33,430 nucleotides of DNA from Acidimicrobiales bacterium (GTDB taxonomy: Bacteria > Actinomycetota > Acidimicrobiia > Acidimicrobiales > RAAP-2). Position numbers and translations under genes: made by a program. The stretch covers positions 1-33,430 of the forward strand of contig JBOGGH010000001.1 in the NCBI GenBank assembly GCA_050743905.1. Direction: 5' to 3'. The notes under the pieces are model-generated. The model was not told the DNA's origin and made no database searches. It saw nothing but the letters and a program-made list of their open reading frames with translations. This document shows positions 1 to 9,051 of the stretch, in pieces (within the stretch, counting starts at the first letter, position 1; every line of letters starts with the position of its first letter).

Positions 1-450
1 AACACGGTCGGCTCCTTCCGTATGTGGCTCGGTCCGCCCCAGCATGGTGGGCAACCCACGCAAGATGCGGAACGGGCCGGCCGTTCCATACTCACTGGTG
101 TCCCCTTCTCACACGCCGATGAGCTGAGGGAGGCCCGCCGCTCCCTGGCCCACCTCCAAGAGGTCTTGGCGGAACGCTATGCACCACCGAGCCCTGATCC
201 ACCACCGCCGGTCAGCGAACCCGAACGAGCCTCAGCCAAGACGGATCACCGCCGGACAGAACGGTCGCCCGTGCCCAGCGCCGGGAGCGCGTCGCACGCC
301 CGAGCACTCCTGGCCGTGGGCACGGACGGGTTGCGCCCAGTCCGAGGACCCAGCCTCGGACTGGGCTCTGCCCACGTCTCGGCCACCGAAGCGGCCCAGG
401 GCGCCGCGTTGCACCGTGGGCGCCAGGCCCAACACGACTTCGACCGCTGA
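1..450 (+). CDS. hypothetical protein, probably 5'-truncated by the window edge
   Basis: Frame 1 is open from base 1 to TGA 448-450 (track ORF 22..450). The stop lies immediately before the GGAGGGAG RBS of the next gene. No motif recognised. Confidence 0.3.
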   Translation, partial: NTVGSFRMWLGPPQHGGQPTQDAERAGRSILTGVPFSHADELREARRSLAHLQEVLAERYAPPSPDPPPPVSEPERASAKTDHRRTERSPVPSAGSASHARALLAVGTDGLRPVRGPSLGLGSAHVSATEAAQGAALHRGRQAQHDFDR

Positions 451-462
451 GGAGGGAGCCCA

Positions 463-1101
463 ATGCCTGACATCGAGTCACTGGCCGATCCGATCCGAGA
501 AGTCCACGGTCATGTGGACACGCTCGTCCGACTGGGCGCGGCCAGTGGTGTGCAAGTGGCGGACCGTGCGCTGCAACGTCGCCTTGAGGTCGAGCGAGCA
601 GAGCGCCGGGCGCTGGAAGACGAGGCGCGCCAGGCGACCGAGCGGGAAAGAGCACAGCGCGAGCTGGCCCGACTGATCTGGCGCCGCGCCTTCGACGACG
701 CGTGGTGGGACCAGGCCACCGAGGAGCAGATCGCTCGGTCCTACGAGGCGGCGTTTGTCTACGCCGGCACTGTTCCCGACGCAGCCGACGCGCTGGTACG
801 GCTGGACCAGGAGATCGAGCGTCGTCACCTGCTGGGGGCCGACGAGGGGGACACGTCACGGGCTGGCGACCACGAGCCCAATCGAGCTGGGGACGAGCCA
901 TCGGCAGAGGTAGATGAGCCGGACATGACAGCGGGTCGCGTGCGCGACCTGCTGGCCCGGATGCGTGCCGACAGCGGACTCCCGCCTTCGGAGCCGGCCA
1001 CTCGGGCCGCGGGCGGGTCCGCGTTGGTCAACGAGGACGAGGTGGCCACGACGATGGCCGCCAGCTTTGCGGCTGGTGTGGAGGTAGGGGTTGAACGGTG
1101 A
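463..1101 (+). CDS. hypothetical protein (charged, coiled-coil-like N-terminal half, acidic C-terminal half)
   Basis: ATG 463 is preceded by GGAGGGAG at 451-458. 212 aa with an ERAERRALEDEARQATERERAQRE stretch. No catalytic motif recognised. Confidence 0.5.
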   Translation: MPDIESLADPIREVHGHVDTLVRLGAASGVQVADRALQRRLEVERAERRALEDEARQATERERAQRELARLIWRRAFDDAWWDQATEEQIARSYEAAFVYAGTVPDAADALVRLDQEIERRHLLGADEGDTSRAGDHEPNRAGDEPSAEVDEPDMTAGRVRDLLARMRADSGLPPSEPATRAAGGSALVNEDEVATTMAASFAAGVEVGVER

Positions 1102-1225
1102 GGGTGGTGGGTCGAGGCATTGCCGAGCAATGGCCAGACGGCAGACCGTGGTCACCGCTCACGCGCTTGGAGCGGCAGCGAAAACATGGCGGACAACGAT
1201 GCCCGTAGATGGGGCAAACTGGCAC

Positions 1226-2641
1226 ATGACAACCAACCCTGACGACGAAGACCGCTCCGCTTCGCCCAAGACCGTCGTGGTGCTTGGCGCAGGATTCTCC
1301 CTCGCCGCGTTCTCGTCCTTTCTCAGAACCGATGAACTTGGCGAGGCTGTGCGAGAGCGGCTCTCTCCGGCTGACGCCGCAAAGCTCCCCACAGGAGAGT
1401 TCACGGACGGCCGGTTCGAGGAATGGCTTTCGTATGTGTCCGAGCCGCAGCCGCATCTCGACCCCGCAGATGTCATCGAGGCCAGCGCTCTTGCCCTTCG
1501 GGTCACCCAGGAGATGTGCGCGGCTCTCTCCGAACGGCAGGCCGAGGCCCTTGGTCACGAACCGCCCGACTGGTTTTTCCAGTTCCTCTCAGTGCTTCAC
1601 GTCCTGCGGGCACAGGTCATCACCCTCAACTACGACAACCTCGTCGAGTGCGGCCTTCACTCACTCGGCATCAAAGGTGAGGGGTGGTTTGGCCCATACG
1701 ACGTATGCGAGGACGACATCCTCGCCGGGTTGCCGCCCTGCGCCGATTTTCCCGGTATCGAGATGCAGTCTCCTGTTATGCGTTCCGACCTGGTGGTCCC
1801 AATCAACCTGGAAGAGCGTCGCAGCAACACCTTCAAGCTCTTGAAGCTCCACGGCTCGCTCTCCTGGTGGTGGTGGCCAGAGGGCAGCGGCAGCTCGACC
1901 ATTCATCGCTGGCGGTTGCCCGGTAAGTTCGGGGAGCCATGGGACCCGGCCGTCGAGCGGCGGCGTCAAGAACTGCCTCGCCACGAGGTGTTTGTGGTTC
2001 CGCCCGCCACCCTCAAGGGCCAACGATTGCGAGAGCCGGTGGCACGGGAGCTATGGCACCGAGCGGCGGAGGCGCTTCGGGAAGCGGACCGAGTCGTGCT
2101 CATTGGTTACTCGATCCCTACGGCGGACCACTCGATGATGGGCATGCTGGCTGAGGGGCTCGAAGGTCGAAGGGTGCAGATTGAGGTCGTGAATACTCAA
2201 GCTTCTGACGTGGAAGATCGGCTCATCAGGTTGGGAATCGCCAGGGAGTCCATCTCGAAGATCGCAGGTGATGACTGTGTGGCCGAATGGACTGCTAAGG
2301 AGGTGTCTCGTTTGACGTATATGGCTACCGACAGCATGAGAACCAGCGCCGACCTCACCGAGGAGGACCTGATCTTCCTGGACGACCCGCGTCAAGAGCG
2401 CATGGTCCGAGTTGACGGTCCGGATGCCAGCCACGATTCAGTAGTCCTCTACCTCAATCCTCAGGGACAGCAGCTCACTCGTCCGATGCAGGTCAAGGAC
2501 CTCCGAGAGGCGTTCGGAGCAGCCAAGTCGTGCACCGTCGAGTGCGACGGCCGGATGCTGCCAGTCATCGACTACTGGACCATCTCGCAGGAGTCAGGCG
2601 TTCTCATGTCGCAGCTCCACGTGGTGGTGGCAGGGCGTTGA
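1226..2641 (+). CDS. SIR2-like (SIR2_2-type, defence-associated) NAD-binding protein
   Basis: The track ORF 1091..2641 starts at TTG; I prefer the in-frame ATG 1226 (MTTNPDD). The blocks VVVLGAGFS, ITLNYDNLVE, LKLHGSLSWWW and VLIGYSIPTADHS are the hallmark blocks of SIR2_2-type proteins. The C-terminal ~150 aa are unassigned. Confidence 0.75.
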   Translation: MTTNPDDEDRSASPKTVVVLGAGFSLAAFSSFLRTDELGEAVRERLSPADAAKLPTGEFTDGRFEEWLSYVSEPQPHLDPADVIEASALALRVTQEMCAALSERQAEALGHEPPDWFFQFLSVLHVLRAQVITLNYDNLVECGLHSLGIKGEGWFGPYDVCEDDILAGLPPCADFPGIEMQSPVMRSDLVVPINLEERRSNTFKLLKLHGSLSWWWWPEGSGSSTIHRWRLPGKFGEPWDPAVERRRQELPRHEVFVVPPATLKGQRLREPVARELWHRAAEALREADRVVLIGYSIPTADHSMMGMLAEGLEGRRVQIEVVNTQASDVEDRLIRLGIARESISKIAGDDCVAEWTAKEVSRLTYMATDSMRTSADLTEEDLIFLDDPRQERMVRVDGPDASHDSVVLYLNPQGQQLTRPMQVKDLREAFGAAKSCTVECDGRMLPVIDYWTISQESGVLMSQLHVVVAGR

Positions 2642-2646
2642 TGCTG

Positions 2647-2666
2647 GGTTCGGGAGTCGCCGAACC
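2647..2666. terminator. hairpin between convergent genes (candidate bidirectional terminator)
   Basis: GGTTCGG (2647-2653), loop GAGTCG, CCGAACC (2660-2666): a perfect 7-bp stem. It lies between the SIR2-like stop (2641) and the TIR-gene stop (2667-2669). No U-tract. Confidence 0.5.
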
Positions 2667-3920
2667 TCACACGGCGAGTCTACGCCGGGCCGAGCTGATG
2701 AGCCGCTGGTGCTGATCGAAGAGGTCGGCCGCCAGCTTGTTCAGCTCGTCCACCCGTCGCACATCCTCCTCGTGGCCCCCCATACGGAAGGTGTCACGGT
2801 GATCGACAGGCACCACGGCCTGCCACCCGCCGGGCTCTGATCCAGACTCAACGCTCAGACGATGGCAAAATTCACTCGCTTGGGACAGAAAAAGTTGGCA
2901 CGCAGCTTCGATCGGTCCATCGTGAAATTGGTGCTCGGCGTTGTCCCACACCCCGAGGAAGTCGTAGAGGGGCGTGAACCACTCCATTCGGAACGGTACT
3001 GCCAAGTCGTGATCTCGAAGCGTGGTGATCGGCCTGGACGTAGACGGCAGGCGTCGACAGAAGTCGGCAAGGAGCAGCCGGTCAGCCTGCTCGAACCGCG
3101 GATCAGGAAGTTCCTCGTCCAGGATCTCGGCAAGCTCACGACGACCGCCCGGCAAGGGTAGGTTGGCTGGGACGGAAGGGGTGTTCACTTCGATCCCGGC
3201 TGCTCGGGTCCACCACTCGTCGATGTTTTCGGCGTTTGGCACAGGATCGGGGGCAGCTCCGGTGCCGAACGTGACAATGGCCGGATGGCTGCAATGGACA
3301 TGGAGAGTCACGCTGTCAGCGTTGGTCTTGTGGTGGACAAACGACCTCGGGCCGTCGTTCGTGCGCGTATACGTCAAACGGCGTAGGTATGGACCCCACC
3401 TCAGGGTCAGATCCAGTGAGTCTCCGTCGGCCATGTCCGGCGCGTTGACCCGAAGCCAGACGAGCCCGACCCACCGCTCGGGGTGGTTGTGCGCCCAGTC
3501 GATGGCAGGAGTGCGGTCGAACCGCTTGGCGATCCCGTCGGCAACAGCTTCCACGCCGTCCGACCACGCCAGGCACTTCTTGTCCGCTTGGAGAGGAGCG
3601 CTCTCCTCCCACCGCTCCTGGCTGACGTCCAGGACGGGAATGATGACGGTGCTATTGAGGCGAACTTCTCGGGCAAATGCCGCATTCATTTCCTTGCGCG
3701 GCCATGGTCTGTCCAAGAAGGGCTCAGTCACGATAACCACGACGAAGGTGGAGAGGCGGATGCCGTCCTCGATGGCGTCGATGATGCTCTCGCCTGCTTT
3801 GATCTCGGCTTGGTCGACCCAGCAACTCACCGACCTGCGGGACAGGGCGCTCGCCAACGGCTCGACGACTGTCTTCTTGTCGGCGCTTGCGTGGCAGATG
3901 AAGACGTCTCTCGAAGCCAT
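2667..3920 (-). CDS. TIR-domain protein with an unassigned ~270-aa C-terminal domain
   Basis: The N-terminus DVFICHASADKKTVVEPLASAL ... FVVVIVTEPFLDRPWPRKEMNAAF is a bacterial TIR domain, including a W-x3-E block with the catalytic-type Glu. A GGAAGG RBS lies about 9 nt upstream of ATG 3920. Confidence 0.85.
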   Translation of the reverse strand: MASRDVFICHASADKKTVVEPLASALSRRSVSCWVDQAEIKAGESIIDAIEDGIRLSTFVVVIVTEPFLDRPWPRKEMNAAFAREVRLNSTVIIPVLDVSQERWEESAPLQADKKCLAWSDGVEAVADGIAKRFDRTPAIDWAHNHPERWVGLVWLRVNAPDMADGDSLDLTLRWGPYLRRLTYTRTNDGPRSFVHHKTNADSVTLHVHCSHPAIVTFGTGAAPDPVPNAENIDEWWTRAAGIEVNTPSVPANLPLPGGRRELAEILDEELPDPRFEQADRLLLADFCRRLPSTSRPITTLRDHDLAVPFRMEWFTPLYDFLGVWDNAEHQFHDGPIEAACQLFLSQASEFCHRLSVESGSEPGGWQAVVPVDHRDTFRMGGHEEDVRRVDELNKLAADLFDQHQRLISSARRRLAV

Positions 3921-4068
3921 GGCCAGAATCCTTCCTCACTCAGAGACCGCCATCTCCCAGAGCACCGAGTAGGGGCAGTCGTCGCCGAGGTTTCTGTGGG
4001 GCAACCCGTAGCCCTGCTCCGCCACAGGGTAGGTGGGGGCCTGCTCGCACAGGCCGAATCGCAGCGGG

Positions 4069-4386
4069 TCAGGAGCGCAGGGCTTCGCGGAATTCGATGA
4101 GGACAGTGGGGTCGTCGTCCGACAACTCAAAGTCCCAGGCGACGACTCGCCCTCGCCATCTGGCACCGTGCTTCCCGAAGGTCACGACCTTGCCGGGGTA
4201 GACCGCAACGGGGTCCGCGGCGCGGGCGAGCCGGGCGTAGATGAGGTCATCGTCGTCTACCAGGTTGGGGCTCGTCACGATATCGACCCCCAACGCCTGA
4301 GCCGTGGCGTAGGGGCGGTGCGCAGATCGAGCCCTCAGCACACGGTCATCCACCTGGGTTGAGCGGATTTTCGTGGTGGTGGCCAT
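4069..4386 (-). CDS. hypothetical protein (105 aa)
   Basis: Internal ATG 4386 (MATTTKIRS) has a GGAGGG RBS 8 nt upstream and sits 22 nt after the upstream gene stop (4409). The longer track ORF 4069..4653 would overlap the upstream gene. Confidence 0.55.
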   Translation of the reverse strand: MATTTKIRSTQVDDRVLRARSAHRPYATAQALGVDIVTSPNLVDDDDLIYARLARAADPVAVYPGKVVTFGKHGARWRGRVVAWDFELSDDDPTVLIEFREALRS

Positions 4387-4408
4387 CAGGCGCCCTCCTG
4401 TCCTCCAT

Positions 4409-4897
4409 CTATACCCCAGGATACGCCGGATTGTCTCGCAGCTCGCGCCGGAGCGCCACGAGGCGCTCGGCGGCGGCCCGGAGCTCATCGGGGGTTGCCT
4501 CGTGCCCGGCTTCCTCCCCAGTCCGCCCCGAGACGAGTTGCACGTCGAAGTGCATCTCATTGCTGCCGGTCGGTAGCACGGGGAACCCAGCATCACCGAG
4601 GACCAGGGGGTCGAAAATAAGGATGGAGGGTTCGTTGGGGAAGCGTGCTGCAAGGAGGCCCCGAAGTTCCTCTTCCGAGCGATAGCCCCAGACCGACACC
4701 CCGTAGAGGATCTCTCGGGCGCCGGTGGACCCAGGGATCACTGCCTCGATGCCGCTTTCCGCAGCGTCGTCGGCCAGGTCTTCGACCACAGCCTCAAGGT
4801 CGCCGGGTGCGGCCCGTACCACCGCGACCAGCGCGGTGAAATCTGACGCCTCGCGCAGCATTCGTTGCCGCCGTCTCCGGGGCTCCTTTGTCGTCAT
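4409..4897 (-). CDS. hypothetical protein (162 aa)
   Basis: Track ORF on the same strand, 48 nt downstream of the relaxase gene stop. No motif recognised. Confidence 0.5.
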   Translation of the reverse strand: MTTKEPRRRRQRMLREASDFTALVAVVRAAPGDLEAVVEDLADDAAESGIEAVIPGSTGAREILYGVSVWGYRSEEELRGLLAARFPNEPSILIFDPLVLGDAGFPVLPTGSNEMHFDVQLVSGRTGEEAGHEATPDELRAAAERLVALRRELRDNPAYPGV

Positions 4898-4945
4898 GGT
4901 GCTCCACTGTCGTCGCTTGTGTAGGAGATTCCGCGGGGACCGGCC

Positions 4946-6469
4946 CTAACGTTCGAGGCCATCATCATGCGCGAGCTGGCGGCGGTGAGCCGTCTCGGCT
5001 TGCTCGGTGGGGCGTACCAACGGCCGAGTCGATGGCCGGCCGGCCGTTGCACCGATGGTCTCGTTCGGCACGAGATCGCCAATCGCGACTTCGCGAAACC
5101 GGTCCTGGAGGTGGCGCAGATCATCGACAGCCAGCGTCGCCAGTCGCTCGGCCTGCCACCGATCGCCCTGGGCGCCGTGGACCCTGGCGATGGTGCGGGC
5201 CAGCAAGGTGAGCTGTCCGAGCAGCGCCACCCAGCCCTCGGTGCTGTCCTTGGCTAACAACGCTTGGATCACGATCCCAGCCACCCCTCGCAGAGCGGGG
5301 ACCGCGGCGCGGCTCGCCCGTGGTCCCGCCCGAGGCGTCTGTGCCGATCGGGCCAGCGCGTCGGCTGCCCGGCCGAGGGGACCGGGGCGGTCGGCTTCCA
5401 GGCGGAGCGACCAGGCAGCGAGGACGCCGGCCGCTTCACGGGCGGTGCCGGCCCACAGGGCGGGATCGTCGAGGGGTGGAGTCATCAGGCGGCGGTAGGT
5501 GTCCTCGACCGCCGACGCGGCCACCTGCCAGCGCCGGGGGCCGGCGACGACGCGCTCCCGGGCATGTGCCGGCGTCCGGGCGGTGCCTCGCCACTCGGCC
5601 ACCGCGGCGGCAATCTCCGCCGGGGACGACTCCCAGAACTCCCGGAGCCGGGGCAACGTCAGGTCGGCTGCCAACTTCCCGCCGCCGAACCATACGGGCT
5701 TGCCACCCCTCCCCGGCGTGAGCGCCACCGAGTACCCCACCACGCGGTCCCGGCCGCCCTCGGCGTAGCGGGGTCGTGGAAGGACGCCGGAGCGCCGGAG
5801 GCGCCGGACGAACTCGGCTTCTGACTCCGCCGCCACCGCCGCCGCCCGGACGACCCGGGAGAGGCGGGTACGGTCCGGCTCGGTCCGGCCTTCCCGGCGC
5901 GCTCGCTCCTGCTCGGCCCTGGTCACGCCGGGCAACCCGCAGCCCGGCTGGTGGACCGAGATGAGCCCATATCGGCGCTCCACTTCGGCGCAGTACCGAG
6001 ACAGCTTGACCCGGTCGCGCCAGTTCGATGCCACGGTGCCGTCCTCTCGCACGAGTGAGACGGCGAGGTGGATGTGCTCGTGGCCCTCGGCCGACGGACC
6101 GTGGGCAACGGCCACCCATCGGCAGGGCGGCTTGCCCGACGCCTCGGTGAACCCCATCGCCTCCATTGCCCCTCGGGCGATCTCGGCCCACTGCTGGTCG
6201 CTGAGCGGCCGGTCGTCGGCCCGGTTGGACAGGGAGAGATGCCACACGTGGCCCCCGGTCACCACCCGGTCGAAGTCGGCGCGCGGCGCGTCGAGCCGCC
6301 GGCCGAGGGTGGCGACCTCCTCTCGGTCGAGCCGTACCCCGCAGCGCACGTCCACGGTGTCGCAACTGGCGACGACCCGCTGGTTCGTGTGCTCGTTCTC
6401 CCGGCCCGGCCCCATGAGGTAGCGGACCAGACCCGAGATATCGTCGCCTCGACTGATCTTGGCGATCAT
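4946..6469 (-). CDS. mobilisation relaxase (MobA/VirD2-type relaxase/nuclease domain)
   Basis: The N-terminus MIAKISRGDDISGLVRYLMGPG (Tyr-containing) and the histidine block HGPSAEGHEHIHLAVSLV fit the relaxase/mobilisation nuclease family. The start overlaps the mobC stop as ATGA (6466-6469). Confidence 0.85.
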   Translation of the reverse strand: MIAKISRGDDISGLVRYLMGPGRENEHTNQRVVASCDTVDVRCGVRLDREEVATLGRRLDAPRADFDRVVTGGHVWHLSLSNRADDRPLSDQQWAEIARGAMEAMGFTEASGKPPCRWVAVAHGPSAEGHEHIHLAVSLVREDGTVASNWRDRVKLSRYCAEVERRYGLISVHQPGCGLPGVTRAEQERARREGRTEPDRTRLSRVVRAAAVAAESEAEFVRRLRRSGVLPRPRYAEGGRDRVVGYSVALTPGRGGKPVWFGGGKLAADLTLPRLREFWESSPAEIAAAVAEWRGTARTPAHARERVVAGPRRWQVAASAVEDTYRRLMTPPLDDPALWAGTAREAAGVLAAWSLRLEADRPGPLGRAADALARSAQTPRAGPRASRAAVPALRGVAGIVIQALLAKDSTEGWVALLGQLTLLARTIARVHGAQGDRWQAERLATLAVDDLRHLQDRFREVAIGDLVPNETIGATAGRPSTRPLVRPTEQAETAHRRQLAHDDGLER

Positions 6470-6885
6470 GGTGCGGGCCGTCCGAAGGCTCCGGTCAGGC
6501 GGTCGGTGGCGGCTGCCAACTGGGCGACCAGGCGTTCGATCGCGGCCAGTGCCCGGCTGGTGCCGGTCGGCACCTGGCCCGTGCTGTTGGCGACCTTGGC
6601 GAGCTGGTTGACGTTCGTCCCCAATCTCACGAGCTGTCTCGTCAAGAAGCCGAACTCATCCACCCGTCGCCGCCGGGCGGCCGCGGTCGCCGTTCCTCCA
6701 CCCAACGCCGCTTCCATCAAGTACCGCTGCGGCGAGACACCGGCATCCTCGGCCCGGTATCGCAGCTCGTCCAGCTCAGCATCAGAGAGGCGGACCCCCA
6801 CCTGGCGGTGCCGCCCGGATGGGTGGCGAGCCATCCGGCCCCCGGCCCACGTCGGTGAACCCGGCTCCTTCATCTCGTCGGTCAT
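6466..6885 (-). CDS. mobC: MobC-type relaxosome accessory protein
   Basis: VGVRLSDAELDELRYRAEDAGVSPQRYLMEAAL followed by LTRQLVRLGTNVNQLAKVAN matches the MobC/bacterial mobilisation protein pattern. Start set at ATG 6885 (GGGAG RBS) rather than the track start 6942. Confidence 0.75.
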   Translation of the reverse strand: MTDEMKEPGSPTWAGGRMARHPSGRHRQVGVRLSDAELDELRYRAEDAGVSPQRYLMEAALGGGTATAAARRRRVDEFGFLTRQLVRLGTNVNQLAKVANSTGQVPTGTSRALAAIERLVAQLAAATDRLTGAFGRPAP

Positions 6886-6985
6886 CGGTGCTCCCGTCCC
6901 TCGGCCCAGCGCAGCGACGCCACGACGGAGGCGTGGCGACACCGTGTAACGGTCGGGGCCGGGGCGGAGGGCGCTGCGGAACTTC

Positions 6986-7015
6986 GTGATCCGATATACG
7001 GATCACCTATCTTGC
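6986..7015 (+). other. candidate oriT (inverted repeat plus IncP-like nick motif)
   Basis: Perfect inverted repeat GTGATCCG (6986-6993), spacer ATATA, CGGATCAC (6999-7006). It is followed directly by CTATCTTG/C (7007-7015), one mismatch from the YATCCTG/Y nick consensus of IncP/MOBP-type oriTs. Located ~100 bp upstream of mobC. Confidence 0.45.
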
Positions 7016-7194
7016 TGCCGGGTGCCAGTAGCCCGGTTGTCGTCTCCGGGCTGCTTACTGCCCGGTACAGCTATGGCGTCCCGTGTGCCGCCATTCGCCG
7101 ACGGTCGGACGGCGGTAAGTCGCTTGCGATCCGATGAGGCCGAGGTCACACTGACGTACATCCGTTTGTCCGTTCAATGGCACAGGAGTGTGCG

Positions 7195-9051
7195 ATGCGC
7201 CTGGTTTCAGCACATGTAATGAAGTTCAAGAGCGTGACGGACTCGACGCCAATCAAGGTTGACGAGTCCGTGACCGCCCTCGTTGGCAAGAACGAGTCTG
7301 GCAAGACCGCCGTGTTGGAGGCCATGTACCGGGCCGACCCGATCCCCGCGGGTTACCCCACGACCTTCGATGAGCTGCGTGACTACCCGCGCCGTTACCG
7401 GGCGCGAGATCGGAAAACCATACAGACCACGCAGCCCATTAATCTGACGTTCGAGCTTGATGACGAAGACCGTGCCGCTATTGCGCAGAAGTTTGGAGCG
7501 AATGTGGTGACGGGCTCGTTGATAACCATTGGCAAGTCGTATGGGGCCAAGACAGTCGCGGTCGACGTCGACATCGACGAAGCGGCAGCGCTTCGGTACG
7601 TCTTGGAACAGAATGGCCTGGACGCCGCTAAATACAAGGGAGCAAACCGTGATGCAGTTGTCGCGGCTCTGAAGGCCGAGGGTGCGACCGAGGCAACGAC
7701 TACCCTCGCTACTGAGTTGGATGACCGTGATTTGCATGCGGAGATACGCAGATTTCTTTGGGAGTGTTTGCCTCGGTTCCAATACTTCGATGATTACAGC
7801 ATCCTGCCCGGTGTCGTTAGTATCGAGAAGCTCCAAGGCACCGACGAGAATGAGCTAGAAGCGGGAGAGCGCACGGCGCTTTCGCTCTTGAGGCTCGCTG
7901 GAGTTGAAACGGAGGAGTTCACCGCCGAGAAGTACGAGGAGCGCAAGGCGGCCTTGGAAGCGGCGGGCAACGAACTCACGTCAGAGTTGTTCGAGTACTG
8001 GACTCAGAACGATGGGTTGCGAGTAGAACTTGACATTGAGTTCCGACCGGTCGAAGCGAGCCCCGCGCGGTCGCCGGAACCGTTCTTGCAGGTACGGGTC
8101 CGGAATGATCGCCACCAGGTAACCCTGAACATGAATCAGCGATCCAAGGGCTTCATTTGGTTCTTCTCGTTCTTGGCTGCGTTTTCGGAGTACGCCGACG
8201 AGGATCGCCGCATCATCCTGCTGGACGAACCCGGCTTGAACCTGCACGCGAAGGCCCAGGGCGACCTGCTCCGGTACATCGACGACCGGCTGGCTCCCTC
8301 GCACCAGGTCATCTACTCGACTCACTCGTTGTTCATGGTTGAGCCGACGAAGCTGGAACGCTGCCGGACGGTCGAAGACGTGGACAATATTGGGACCGTC
8401 GTCAGCGAGAAGATCTGGGAAGCGCGACCGGATACGGTGTTCCCGCTGCTTGCCGCGCTCGGCGTCGATATGGCCCAGACCTTGATCATCGGCGCCGATC
8501 AGCTACTGGTAGAAGGACCGGCCGACCTGATCTACCTCACTATCATGAGCGATGTGTTGCGGTCGGCCAGGCGTACGTCGCTCAATCCGCGATGGACTCT
8601 CACCCCGGCGGGTGGCATCGAGAAGATCCCCACCTTCATCTCATTGTTGGGGGGCAGCGATCTCAATATCACCGTTCTTATCGACGTAGCAGGAGGGGGT
8701 AACCAGCGGATAGATAGTCTGGTTACGCGTGGGCTCCTTGACAAGAACAAGTTGGTTCCCCTTACGGACATAACTCAGACGAGCGAGGCGGACATTGAAG
8801 ACATGTTCGATGTGGGATGGTACCTGAAGCTGCTCGACGCGAGCGGCGTGGGGAAGTACGCCAAAACCAAGCTACCCAAGGGTGTACGTATCGTGAAGCG
8901 GGTCGAAGTTGAGCGCGGCAAGAAGTTCGACCACTTCCAGCCCGCCAACTATCTCTTGCGGAACCCGGGCACGCTTGTGGATGAGATCGACGACACGACT
9001 AAGGACCGATTCGAGGCGTTGTTCACTCGTCTCAACGACCTACTGATCTAA
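7195..9051 (+). CDS. OLD-family ATP-dependent endonuclease (ABC-type ATPase plus Toprim-like domain)
   Basis: Walker A LVGKNESGKTAVLEAM, Walker B IILLDEPGLNLH, then Toprim-like LLVEGPADLIYLTIM and ITVLIDVAGGG. An AGGAG RBS precedes ATG 7195 (MRLVSAHVMKFKSV). No partner helicase gene is adjacent. Confidence 0.8.
   Translation: MRLVSAHVMKFKSVTDSTPIKVDESVTALVGKNESGKTAVLEAMYRADPIPAGYPTTFDELRDYPRRYRARDRKTIQTTQPINLTFELDDEDRAAIAQKFGANVVTGSLITIGKSYGAKTVAVDVDIDEAAALRYVLEQNGLDAAKYKGANRDAVVAALKAEGATEATTTLATELDDRDLHAEIRRFLWECLPRFQYFDDYSILPGVVSIEKLQGTDENELEAGERTALSLLRLAGVETEEFTAEKYEERKAALEAAGNELTSELFEYWTQNDGLRVELDIEFRPVEASPARSPEPFLQVRVRNDRHQVTLNMNQRSKGFIWFFSFLAAFSEYADEDRRIILLDEPGLNLHAKAQGDLLRYIDDRLAPSHQVIYSTHSLFMVEPTKLERCRTVEDVDNIGTVVSEKIWEARPDTVFPLLAALGVDMAQTLIIGADQLLVEGPADLIYLTIMSDVLRSARRTSLNPRWTLTPAGGIEKIPTFISLLGGSDLNITVLIDVAGGGNQRIDSLVTRGLLDKNKLVPLTDITQTSEADIEDMFDVGWYLKLLDASGVGKYAKTKLPKGVRIVKRVEVERGKKFDHFQPANYLLRNPGTLVDEIDDTTKDRFEALFTRLNDLLI

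Noticed and set aside
212-901. 229-aa minus-strand ORF across the first two plus-strand genes
   Set aside because: It has an Arg/Pro-rich shadow-ORF composition. The plus-strand genes have an RBS and a sensible stop-RBS-start arrangement.
5436-6949. Long alternative-frame and antisense ORFs over the relaxase and mobC genes (5436..6365 minus, 6068..6949 plus, 5264..5824 plus)
   Set aside because: They are Arg/Pro/Gly-rich low-complexity translations with no motifs. The relaxase and MobC frames carry family-specific blocks and are coupled by an ATGA overlap.
7195-9051. Calling the OLD-family gene Gabija GajA or PARIS AriA/AriB
   Set aside because: No adjacent UvrD-like helicase (GajB) is present. 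The ATPase and Toprim-like parts are in one polypeptide, unlike PARIS.
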